Positions 42,491 to 51,274 of a stretch of 64,000 bases of DNA are shown one piece after another (within the stretch, counting starts at the first letter, position 1; each line of letters opens with the position of its first letter). The stretch is from a virus (lineage: Duplodnaviria; Caudoviricetes). The notes under the pieces were generated by a model, which was given only the letters and a program-made list of their open reading frames with translations, was not told the DNA's origin and made no database searches. Location: the IMG/VR virus record IMGVR_UViG_3300032305_002044, positions 1-64,000 of that record. One strand, given 5' to 3'. A program made the translations under genes and the position numbers.

Positions 42491-44276
42491 TCTTCTATCG
42501 GGAAAGATTGTTACGCCTGGCAAAGTTGCTAATAGTGCTACTACAGCTACAAGTGCAAACACTGCTTCCGCAATCGTTGCTCGGGATGCGTCAGGCAATT
42601 TTAGCGCTGGCGCAGTTACTGTTTCCTCTATTATTGGTGGTACAACAGCAACGGCATTTGCTACTACAGAAAATTTAAGTATTGGTAGAACTTCTGGTTA
42701 CGATTCCCGCGGTTATATTACTAATAATGTTATGAGTGGTGGCAATCAAATTGATACTTACATTACTGATAATTATTCTGTAAGACAGGTACGTGCAAGT
42801 GACGAAGAGGATGTTCTTCTAGAAGTAAACATTGCAGATGGTAGCAGGTATGCAACAGGTAGTGGCATTGCTAGAACTAACGTAAACATTGCAACTGGTG
42901 CTTCAGAAGGTGCTGGCGGAAGCACTATTAAAATTGGTTCATTTAACGGCAATTCAACCACAGATATTCGTGGAACAGTGACTCTACCAAGTACCACTTC
43001 AATTGGTAACGTTGACTCTACCGAACTTAGTTACCTAAATGGAGTAACTTCTTCAATACAAGCACAGTTAGATAGTAAGACTTCAAATGTAAATCCAGTA
43101 TATGCATCTCCAGAATTTACTGGAACAGTGACTCTACCAAGTACCACCTCAATTGGTAACGTTGATTCTACGGAAATTAGTTATCTAAACGGGGTAACTT
43201 CTTCAATACAGACGCAGTTAAACGCTAAAGCCCCAACTGCTAATCCTACATTTACTGGCACTGTAACCCTTCCAGCTGGAACTATTGTTAATGCTGACAT
43301 TAAATCAGATGCTGCTATTGATTGGACTAAACTAGCAATATCTTCAACTGTTAGTTCTACAGAAATTGGATACGTTGATGGTGTTACATCTGCCATTCAA
43401 ACACAGTTAAATTCTAAGGTTTCAAATGTAGACCCAACATTTACAGCAAATGGTTTAACTATTAGTGCAACAGAACTTGGTTATCTTGATGGCTTAGAGA
43501 GCAACATTCAAGCACAGTTAAACTCTAAGGTTTCAAGTGTAAGCCCCACCTTTACGGGAACTGTTGGATTAGGAACATCTGCTGTTTTCTCTGTTGAAGG
43601 TTCTAGTAATGACGATAATGAAACTACACTTACCGTTGCTAACCCAACTGCAGATAGAACAATTACACTTCCTGACGCTGATGGGATCGTTGCTTTAACT
43701 ACAAGTCCTGCGTTTATAGGTACCCCAACAGCACCAACGGCATCCGCAGGTACAAACACAACACAAATTGCAACTACCGCTTTCGTTCAATCGAATTCAG
43801 AAAGATTAGTTGCAAAACTTTTATCTGCTACGGCTGCTATTGGAAATACTGAAACAGTAATTCTTAGTTTTACCGCACCTCAAGACAGTATTGCTGTTGG
43901 GGATACATTTAGATTTACTGGTTTTGCAACTCGCGCTGGTACTGGTAACGTTGCTCCAACATTTCGCATCAGAATAGGTACAGCAACCCTTACTGGTGCG
44001 GAGGTTTCTGTTTTAACCCCACCAGCCACAGCTACTGTTGCACCATTTAAATTTGAAGCAATAGTTACTTGCCGTAGTATTGTTGGCTCCTCTGCACAAA
44101 TTGGCGGTGCAGCAAGTGCGCTTTATTCAACAGGAAGTGGGGGAAATAGTATTACTGCTCCAGTAACTGTAAACACAGGAGTAAATAATCTTATTGAAGC
44201 TACAATTGATTCAAATAGTGTCAGTGGAAACACTTATAAATTTGAGCACGCTATTCTAGAAAAGTTGCCAGCATAA
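42483..44276 (+). CDS. Tail fibre protein with internal repeats
   Basis: Repeated TE..YL.GVTS.IQ.QL..K; SPAF.GTPTAPT...TNTTQIATTAFV. Confidence 0.8.
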   Translation: MASLLSGKIVTPGKVANSATTATSANTASAIVARDASGNFSAGAVTVSSIIGGTTATAFATTENLSIGRTSGYDSRGYITNNVMSGGNQIDTYITDNYSVRQVRASDEEDVLLEVNIADGSRYATGSGIARTNVNIATGASEGAGGSTIKIGSFNGNSTTDIRGTVTLPSTTSIGNVDSTELSYLNGVTSSIQAQLDSKTSNVNPVYASPEFTGTVTLPSTTSIGNVDSTEISYLNGVTSSIQTQLNAKAPTANPTFTGTVTLPAGTIVNADIKSDAAIDWTKLAISSTVSSTEIGYVDGVTSAIQTQLNSKVSNVDPTFTANGLTISATELGYLDGLESNIQAQLNSKVSSVSPTFTGTVGLGTSAVFSVEGSSNDDNETTLTVANPTADRTITLPDADGIVALTTSPAFIGTPTAPTASAGTNTTQIATTAFVQSNSERLVAKLLSATAAIGNTETVILSFTAPQDSIAVGDTFRFTGFATRAGTGNVAPTFRIRIGTATLTGAEVSVLTPPATATVAPFKFEAIVTCRSIVGSSAQIGGAASALYSTGSGGNSITAPVTVNTGVNNLIEATIDSNSVSGNTYKFEHAILEKLPA

Positions 44277-44326
44277 TGGCTTGTAAACCAGGATGTCCTA
44301 CTAAGGACTGTGAATTACGGCGATGA
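44276..44326 (+). pseudogene. Frameshifted copy of the 48711 microprotein gene
   Basis: MACKPGCPTKDC versus MACRTGCPTQDH; the YG codons continue out of frame. Confidence 0.6.
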
Positions 44327-44396
44327 AATTGTCTATCTTTACTATTAAAGCGTCTAAACATTTTGATAGCATTAAAGTCTACAGAATAGTAATGTA

Positions 44397-44744
44397 ATGC
44401 CAGCGATTGATTTTCCAAATTCACCTCAGGTAAACAGCACGTTTACTGTAGGCGAGCGTACCTGGAAATGGACTGGTACCACTTGGGATGTAGTTGTAGT
44501 AACCCAGATTACGGGACCTACGGGACCTACGGGACCTCAAGGTGCTTCTGGTGGATCATTTGTATTTACCCAAGCTTCCCCAGCTAGCACTTGGACTATT
44601 GCTCATAACCTTGGGTACAGACCAAACATATCTGTTGTTGATTCCGCTGGTTCTCAGGTAGAGGGAAACACCGTTTGGACTGACAACAATAACTTAACTA
44701 TCACTTTTAGTGGCGCTTTTAGCGGCGTAGCGTACCTATCGTAG
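44397..44744 (+). CDS. Short collagen-like fibre protein
   Basis: DFP.SP..., GPTGPTGPQG, WTIAHNLG..P. Confidence 0.75.
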   Translation: MPAIDFPNSPQVNSTFTVGERTWKWTGTTWDVVVVTQITGPTGPTGPQGASGGSFVFTQASPASTWTIAHNLGYRPNISVVDSAGSQVEGNTVWTDNNNLTITFSGAFSGVAYLS

Positions 44745-44753
44745 GAGATGTAA

Positions 44754-46688
44754 ATGGCACGTAAATTTTTAACCCCCATAGACCTGGGTAAGAACGAGCT
44801 TCAAAATGCCCGTATTCAAAACCTTGCGGGCTCTCCTGCATCCCCTGTTGCTGGTCAGGTTTACTACGACAGTACGGCTAACACGCTGTATTTCTACAAT
44901 GGCACGGGCTGGGTTAGTGCTGGAGGTATGTCTGCTGGAGTACTTTCTGCTCGTCCTTCAGCGGGTGCAGGAAACGTAGGTACTTTCTTTTACGCTACAG
45001 ATAACACACTTATCTACTACTCAAACGGTTCTACTTGGACTCAAACTGATGCGTTTGGTTCTCCAACTAATCTTGCTGCTACGGCTGCCGATGGCTCCGC
45101 ACTTACTTATGCTCGTTCTGACCACGTTCACCGCCATGCTGGAACAGACCACTCAGCGATCAAGTTAAGCGACCTCAGCAACTCCCTAAGTGCCAACGTT
45201 GACTTCAGCGCTTCTGGCTATACCATTCGCGCTACTGCTCCTGTAAACGCTCTTGATGTGGTTAACAAGAGTTATGTAGATAACATTTCTGCAGGTCTTA
45301 ATCCACACGATGCTGTGGAAGCTTGTACAACTGGAACGCTTGCCGCTACTTATACCGCTGGTTCTGCCGATGCTTCTGGCGGTACAGGTATTGGGGCGTA
45401 CATCCAAGCTTCTTCTAACGGTTTTCTTAGCATTGACGCTGTTAGCACTACCAGTAGTCCGATTTCTCTAACCACTGGTTCTCGTATTCTTGTTAAAGAT
45501 GGTGTCACTGCTGCTGCAGGTGCTGAGTCTATTACTAACGGTGTTTACTATGTTGCTGCCGCTGGTGATATTGGCTCTGGCTCAACCCCTTGGAAATTAA
45601 CTCGCGCAACTGACATGGACAATAGTCCAGCAGGCGAGTTTATCTCTGGTGACTTTGTATTCGTATTAGGCGGTACACAGCACGCTAATCAGGGCTTTGT
45701 AATGAACTCCCCTGGAACAGGTACTCCAACAAACGCTATTAAAATTGGCACTGACCCTGTTAAGTGGACTCAGTTCTCTGGTGGCGGAACACTTACAGGC
45801 TCCTCTCCAATTAGCGTTTCTAATAACATTATTTCTGTAGGTCTTGCTTCTACATCTGCATTAGGTGTTGCGTCATTCCCAACCGCTCAGTTTAGTGTTG
45901 CATCTGGCGCGGTATCTATTTCCGAGCTTGCTGGCTCGTTAATCTCTGGAAATATTACAGGTAATGCTGCTAACGTAACTGGCACGGTTGCTATTGCTAA
46001 CGGTGGTACAAACGCTACTACTGCTCCTTTAGCACGAGCTAACCTTAGCGCTGCCGCTTCTGGTGCTAATACAGACATCACAAGTCTTGGCGGGTTAACT
46101 ACTGCGTTGTCTATTGCTCAAGGTGGAACAAGCGCCACTACAGCCCCACTTGCCCGAACAGCACTATCCGCCGCATCTTCAGGTGCTAACAGCGACATTA
46201 CTAGCCTTAGTGGACTTACTAGTGCACTTACTGTAGCTCAGGGTGGTACTGGTGCAACTACAGCCCCACTTGCTCGCACAGCATTATCTGCCGCGGCTTC
46301 GGGAGCTAACAGCGACATTACTAGCCTATCTGGTTTAACTACAGCGTTATCAGTTGCTCAGGGCGGTACAGGTAACTCAGTTACGGCTACCAATAACTAC
46401 ATTGCGGTTGGCGATGGTACTAAGTATGTACCTACTTCAACTACTAATGTACGTACGCTTTTAGGTATTGGAACATCTACATCAAAGGCAACGGGATCGC
46501 TGTCTTTTTCATCCACAACGACAGTGCCTGTGACTCACGCTCTGGCTACTACTGCGGTTCTAGTACAAACGTTTGATTCGGGAGGCGTTTTGGTAGACAT
46601 GGATGTAACGGTTACTAACTCAACAACCGTTACATTTGTGGTAGCAACTACTACAGCAACTTCGTACTCTTACGTAATTATAGGGTAA
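44754..46688 (+). CDS. Tail fibre protein with 39-aa repeats
   Basis: NKSYVD, W.LTRATD, GGT.ATTAP.AR..L.AA.SGAN.DITSL.GLT.AL x3. Confidence 0.8.
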   Translation: MARKFLTPIDLGKNELQNARIQNLAGSPASPVAGQVYYDSTANTLYFYNGTGWVSAGGMSAGVLSARPSAGAGNVGTFFYATDNTLIYYSNGSTWTQTDAFGSPTNLAATAADGSALTYARSDHVHRHAGTDHSAIKLSDLSNSLSANVDFSASGYTIRATAPVNALDVVNKSYVDNISAGLNPHDAVEACTTGTLAATYTAGSADASGGTGIGAYIQASSNGFLSIDAVSTTSSPISLTTGSRILVKDGVTAAAGAESITNGVYYVAAAGDIGSGSTPWKLTRATDMDNSPAGEFISGDFVFVLGGTQHANQGFVMNSPGTGTPTNAIKIGTDPVKWTQFSGGGTLTGSSPISVSNNIISVGLASTSALGVASFPTAQFSVASGAVSISELAGSLISGNITGNAANVTGTVAIANGGTNATTAPLARANLSAAASGANTDITSLGGLTTALSIAQGGTSATTAPLARTALSAASSGANSDITSLSGLTSALTVAQGGTGATTAPLARTALSAAASGANSDITSLSGLTTALSVAQGGTGNSVTATNNYIAVGDGTKYVPTSTTNVRTLLGIGTSTSKATGSLSFSSTTTVPVTHALATTAVLVQTFDSGGVLVDMDVTVTNSTTVTFVVATTTATSYSYVIIG

Positions 46689-46697
46689 ACTAGTATT

Positions 46698-46901
46698 ATG
46701 CCTAGAGGTTTTCTTAACGGTATTACCGCCACTACAGTTACAGCTACATCTGTTGTAGCTACTAGTATTAGCGGAAGTTTAACAGTTCCCCTTAACGGAA
46801 CTACTCAGCTTAGTGGATTAACTATTGGAACTAAAAAAGTTTTTGTTGGTTCTACTACCCCGACTGGTATGGCTGCTGGAGATATCTGGATTCAGGTATA
46901 G
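46698..46901 (+). CDS. Small fibre-associated protein
   Basis: C-terminal FVG.TTP.....GDIWI. Confidence 0.7.
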   Translation: MPRGFLNGITATTVTATSVVATSISGSLTVPLNGTTQLSGLTIGTKKVFVGSTTPTGMAAGDIWIQV

Positions 46902-46903
46902 CA

Positions 46904-47185
46904 ATGTTACAAATTTTTTATTGCAAAACTTGTTACAATCCACAAACAGAGTACTTGTGCCATTCATACAATGGTTTATGCTGCACTAATTGCTGTCCCT
47001 GCACCGATAAAGTTAATGGCGATGGCCTTGTCACACTTGATAACAATGGTGGTATTTGGAATCTAACTCATCAAATTGCATCAGAAATCTTTATTCCTGT
47101 TGAAATTCCAGATGAGCCACTTGAGATTGTTTTAGAGGATATTATTAACGACCCAAATTCCCCTAACTACATTGGGGATTTGTAA
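46904..47185 (+). CDS. Cys-rich hypothetical protein
   Basis: Eight Cys in the first 33 aa; coupled ORF. Confidence 0.6.
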   Translation: MLQIFYCKTCYNPQTEYLCHSYNGLCCTNCCPCTDKVNGDGLVTLDNNGGIWNLTHQIASEIFIPVEIPDEPLEIVLEDIINDPNSPNYIGDL

Positions 47186-48708
47186 TGGCAACATTAACTA
47201 TTGGTACAGCAAGCGGTGGCTATTTTAACTCGCGTGGAACAAACTCTGCTCCATACGCTATGGGCTCATCAGTTGTTATCCAGAATACTGGCGGTAACAT
47301 AAATACAACTGGTGGCTATGAAGGTGTTGTATTTAGCCAATTAACGTTTCAATGTTCTGGTAATGCTGGAACTTCAACCCTTTATGGGAACATCTGGAAC
47401 AGCGTTGGAACTTCTATAACCGCATCCCCTGGTGTATCAGCAGCAGCAGATTCCACCGCCCCTTTTACCTCTAAAACGTTTAATCTTTCCGACCAGTACT
47501 TTGCTACACCGCAAACAATATACGTTGGATACTCTAGAGCAGCAGCACAAGGAACTGCTTGGGATGTTGTAGATGGAAATAACACAACAAGAATTGGAAA
47601 TACCGCTGGCTCTGCTCCAAATGGTTTGACTGGCACTGGTACTGGAACTGTTTATAGACGACTAGTTGGAACAGCAACTTACACGCTTTATGATGCTGGA
47701 AACATTTCTCAATCTGCATCTCAACCATCTAACCTTGCTATTACATTAACTTTTGCTGGAACTAGCCCTACTTACGGCAAAAACATAAGTATTAACTGGG
47801 GAGACGGAACTACTACTGACTTTTCAGTTGCGGCTGGTGCAGTCCCAACAGATCAAACAAAAACTTATGCCTCTGCTGGTGCAAAAACTATTACTACAAC
47901 GTTGTCTCATGCTTCATCATCTGTTGGTATTCCAAACATAACTTTAACTAGCAGCCCTACTGTTTATACAACTCCAAGCGCTCCGCAATTTCTTAGCGCT
48001 AGTCCTGGAAATGGAAGTGTGGCGTTATCCTGGGCGGCCCCGTCTTACGTTGGTTCTGGAACCGTCACGTATCATATCTACATTGGCGGTTCATTTCGCG
48101 GCAGTACTACTGGACTTAGTTTTACAGATACTGGTTTAGCAAACGGAACTGCTTATACACATACTGTTTATGCATTAAATACTTGGGGTACAGGCGGTTC
48201 AGCTTCCGTTAGCTCAACTCCGTTCACTGTTCCTGGTGCTCCTTTTTCAAGTACTTACGCTGTTAGCACTTTTTCTTCAGGTTTAAGTTCTACGTTTAGC
48301 GTAACTCTGTATGTAAGTCCTAATGGAACTGGCGGTAGCGCAATTACTGACTATCAATACTCCCTTGATAATACAAACTGGACTTCACTCGGGTTACCCG
48401 TAGGGGGAACACGCACAGTATCTGGGTTGACTAAAACTACTTATTACACTGTCTATGTAAGAGCAGTAAATGCGGCTGGGAATAGTTCTTCTACAGCAAC
48501 AACTTGGACATCGTATGACCCAACTACTGGGGGTCAGTACAATACAACCTCATTTACTCATGGAGGTAGGTACAAAACCTACGTTGATTCAGAATCTTAT
48601 GGACAAGAGTGGGCTCCATTTTACGTAAAAAGATATAATGGAACTGCTTGGGTTGACGCACCAATACAGATATATAATGGAACTGCTTGGGGATATTCGG
48701 ATGCTTAA
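47185..48708 (+). CDS. PKD/FN3-domain virion protein
   Basis: INWGDG (PKD); PSAP..L.A......LSW.AP; L.....Y.V.VRAVN.AG (FN3). Confidence 0.8.
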   Translation: MATLTIGTASGGYFNSRGTNSAPYAMGSSVVIQNTGGNINTTGGYEGVVFSQLTFQCSGNAGTSTLYGNIWNSVGTSITASPGVSAAADSTAPFTSKTFNLSDQYFATPQTIYVGYSRAAAQGTAWDVVDGNNTTRIGNTAGSAPNGLTGTGTGTVYRRLVGTATYTLYDAGNISQSASQPSNLAITLTFAGTSPTYGKNISINWGDGTTTDFSVAAGAVPTDQTKTYASAGAKTITTTLSHASSSVGIPNITLTSSPTVYTTPSAPQFLSASPGNGSVALSWAAPSYVGSGTVTYHIYIGGSFRGSTTGLSFTDTGLANGTAYTHTVYALNTWGTGGSASVSSTPFTVPGAPFSSTYAVSTFSSGLSSTFSVTLYVSPNGTGGSAITDYQYSLDNTNWTSLGLPVGGTRTVSGLTKTTYYTVYVRAVNAAGNSSSTATTWTSYDPTTGGQYNTTSFTHGGRYKTYVDSESYGQEWAPFYVKRYNGTAWVDAPIQIYNGTAWGYSDA

Positions 48709-48710
48709 TT

Positions 48711-48812
48711 ATGGCTTGTAGAACAGGGTGTCCAACTCAAGATCACGCTGACTATGGCGAGTGCTTATTTGCTGCTCGTATTAATATAGATAAGAGTAGT
48801 TTGAGGCCTTAA
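48711..48812 (+). CDS. Cys/His microprotein (33 aa; not in ORF track)
   Basis: MACRTGCPTQDHADYGECL...; TAATG coupling. Confidence 0.65.
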   Translation: MACRTGCPTQDHADYGECLFAARINIDKSSLRP

Positions 48813-49327
48813 TGAGTAGAGCGTTTACACCTGGCGGTAGGTTTGATACCGATTTTGAGCATTCCGAAATACACGATGCCATTACCAAAGACCTAACTAA
48901 CCCAGTAGGTACTGAGGTTTTGTGGTACAGATTTAATGCTGCGGCTACCGTAGTTGACCCAATTTATGACGTTGGCAGTAGCGCTGGCGTAGGCCGTCAA
49001 TGGTATTCCCCAGTTACCCTACCTGTTATTAGGGCGGTTATTAAGCATGGAACTGTGGAGCACAGCCACGAGGGTTTCTACAACGCTGACGCTGTACACC
49101 TTACTATTGATAAAGAAGAACTTTCTAGACTACTTCCGACAGTATTTAATAACCCTGACCCATTAAATCGTGACCGTATTATTTGGCAAAACCAGGTTTA
49201 CCGACCACTTTTGTCTCAGCTACGTGGTATTGTATTAGAGAAGTTTACCGTGGTCTCTTTGGATTGTCGTCAGATTATGCCCGAAGAAATGGTCAACGAC
49301 TCTCAATTTCAAGCTTACGCAAACTAG
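48812..49327 (+). CDS. Head closure (stopper) protein
   Basis: Size and position; DRIIW....Y pattern. Confidence 0.6.
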   Translation: MSRAFTPGGRFDTDFEHSEIHDAITKDLTNPVGTEVLWYRFNAAATVVDPIYDVGSSAGVGRQWYSPVTLPVIRAVIKHGTVEHSHEGFYNADAVHLTIDKEELSRLLPTVFNNPDPLNRDRIIWQNQVYRPLLSQLRGIVLEKFTVVSLDCRQIMPEEMVNDSQFQAYAN

Positions 49328-49335
49328 GAGTTATT

Positions 49336-49506
49336 ATGTGCGCACCGTGTGGATGTGGAAAGAAAAAAGGCGAGCCTGGTTACGGCAAAGGTAAGGGAGC
49401 AGCAAAGAAGCTATCCCCAAAGCAAAGCAAGATTGCTGGAAAAGCTGGTAACCCAAATAAAATTGAGGCTGCTGATTTAGCCGCACTACGAAAGAAGAAA
49501 AAGTAA
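49336..49506 (+). CDS. Cys-led Lys-rich microprotein
   Basis: SD AGGAG; MCAPCGCGKKK...LSPKQ.KIA. Confidence 0.7.
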   Translation: MCAPCGCGKKKGEPGYGKGKGAAKKLSPKQSKIAGKAGNPNKIEAADLAALRKKKK

Positions 49507-49622
49507 TGTGCGCAACCTGTGGCTGTGGCGCCCCAAAGAACAAGCACGGTGAAAAAACACTAGCCGCTGCTAATAAAAAATTTGCTAAGAAAACTACTAC
49601 TAAGAAAGCTGGTAAGAAATAA
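49506..49622 (+). CDS. Cys-led Lys-rich microprotein (38 aa; not in ORF track)
   Basis: MCATCGCGAPK...; TAATG coupling at both ends. Confidence 0.7.
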   Translation: MCATCGCGAPKNKHGEKTLAAANKKFAKKTTTKKAGKK

Positions 49623-49834
49623 TGTGTAAAAAATGCGGTAAGGCAAAGTGTGCATGCGGTCCAATGAAGGCTGCTGACAAGAAGCAAGATGCCAAAGCAA
49701 TGAAGGGCATGTCCCCAGCTCAAAAAGCTAAGTTTGAAAAAGAAGATAAGAAAATGGACAAGAAGCCAATGTCTCGTAAAGAAGACACTAAGAAAGACAG
49801 CGCTCTTGCCAAGAAGATTAAGGGTAAGAAGTAA
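49622..49834 (+). CDS. Cys-led Lys-rich microprotein
   Basis: MCKKCGKAKCACG... Confidence 0.7.
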   Translation: MCKKCGKAKCACGPMKAADKKQDAKAMKGMSPAQKAKFEKEDKKMDKKPMSRKEDTKKDSALAKKIKGKK

Positions 49835-50124
49835 TGGCAATTGTATGTGCAGCATTTACTGTAGCAACTACGCCTACTTTAATTGCAGAAATTCCTGAGG
49901 GAAACCCAAGCACCGCAGTTCAAATATCTAATACCGATTCAGCCGCTCTATTTTTAGGTACTAATTTAGTAGACCATAGTACAACTGCTAACAGAGGCGT
50001 TAGAATGAACCAAAGTACTAACCTGCAACTTTGGTTAAACGCGGGAGACAAACTTTACGCTATATCGGGCGCTGGCACTTCTACTAACGCTGTTAGTGTT
50101 TTGTTTTCTAAAATTGTTGGCTAA
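49834..50124 (+). CDS. Small virion beta-sandwich protein
   Basis: L..GD.LYAIS pattern. Confidence 0.65.
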   Translation: MAIVCAAFTVATTPTLIAEIPEGNPSTAVQISNTDSAALFLGTNLVDHSTTANRGVRMNQSTNLQLWLNAGDKLYAISGAGTSTNAVSVLFSKIVG

Positions 50125-50378
50125 TGGCTAAAACAGAAGGGTATTTTGATACCAACCCGTATCGTAATTCAAAGTGCCCGTCTTGTAGTAAAAGACGGAA
50201 TAGCTTTGGCAGGTGCACAGACGATAGCTGCAGTAAAGACTATGTAAAGGCTTCTTGCGGGGGCTGCGGTCGGGATAAGATGCAGTCTTACCATAAGGCG
50301 GACTCTACTTTTCCTAAGCCAGACCTGGACATGCGCCCTTGCAGAGTGTGTAACTCTAGAGAAGTTACGTATAACTAA
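50124..50378 (+). CDS. Cys-rich Zn-binding protein
   Basis: CPSC, C....C, CGGC, CRVC. Confidence 0.6.
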   Translation: MAKTEGYFDTNPYRNSKCPSCSKRRNSFGRCTDDSCSKDYVKASCGGCGRDKMQSYHKADSTFPKPDLDMRPCRVCNSREVTYN

Positions 50379-50387
50379 GACTGATTT

Positions 50388-50409
50388 AGCGGGCGAAAGC
50401 CCGCTTTTT
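50388..50409 (+). terminator. Terminator
   Basis: AGCGGGC-GAAA-GCCCGCT-TTTT. Confidence 0.85.
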
Positions 50410-50493
50410 CATTTATCCTTATAAGTAGTTCCACTGCAGGAACTGAACTACCCACTGCGAATACCCCTGCTACTCCTACAAGGAGATTTACCA

Positions 50494-50622
50494 ATGGCTA
50501 ATGAGAACATATCTCAAGGCTCTTTCTCTGATTTTTATCAGGGGGCAGTTTCAGGCGATTCCACAATGGTAAATATGTTAGCTTATTACTTGGGTGTTCT
50601 ACGCGGTGGGGGAATGCGTTAA
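50494..50622 (+). CDS. Small protein (42 aa; not in ORF track)
   Basis: SD AAGGAG; TAATG coupling. Confidence 0.6.
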   Translation: MANENISQGSFSDFYQGAVSGDSTMVNMLAYYLGVLRGGGMR

Positions 50623-51248
50623 TGTTTTTATTAGCTGAGGACGCTGCTCTTAAATCTTATTTATCAGGCATTACGGTTGCCGATGAAAAAAACCCAACCC
50701 GCTCAGTAGGTGTATGGTTTGGCTACCCTGATGTAGAAATTCGTGAGCAAACCTATCCTTTTATTACTCTTGATTTACTTTCTGTGCGCAACGCTGTTGA
50801 GCGCCAGATGTCTGGGGAAATCTATGATGGCAATTACGCAGGCACAATAGCCCCTGTAAATAATAGGTTTTATAAGTATGAAGTACCAGTTGCTTATGAT
50901 TTATTGTATCAAGTAACCTCTTACTCCAGACACCCGCGGCATGATCGCGCTATAATTTTTCAGTTAAGCCAAAAATTTCCTGGCATGCGTGGGCACTTAC
51001 CTGTTCCAGATGACTTGGGAACATCCATAGCTTATCGCCATATGTTCCTTGAGAACACAATGAAAAGCGATAAAGCCGAGGGTGAGAACGGAAATAAAAG
51101 ACTTTTACGTAATATTTATACCATCAGAGTGATGAGTGAAATGACTCCTCCAACCGCTGCCCCTACTTATATTCCTGGTGTAACAACCGTTTTGGTGAAC
51201 CGACAGAATACTCCTACAGTTCCCGCAAATAAAACAATCGTTAAATAA
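50622..51248 (+). CDS. Tail terminator or completion protein
   Basis: YPFIT.D, P.AYDL.YQV; directly upstream of the sheath gene. Confidence 0.7.
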   Translation: MFLLAEDAALKSYLSGITVADEKNPTRSVGVWFGYPDVEIREQTYPFITLDLLSVRNAVERQMSGEIYDGNYAGTIAPVNNRFYKYEVPVAYDLLYQVTSYSRHPRHDRAIIFQLSQKFPGMRGHLPVPDDLGTSIAYRHMFLENTMKSDKAEGENGNKRLLRNIYTIRVMSEMTPPTAAPTYIPGVTTVLVNRQNTPTVPANKTIVK

Positions 51249-51274
51249 CTATTAACCCTTTCTAAGGAGAAATT

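Noticed and set aside
50425-50470. HDV-like ribozyme
   Set aside because: A 7-bp P1, a P2 and a GCGAA are present, but only 4 nt are available for P3/L3, so the nested double pseudoknot cannot form
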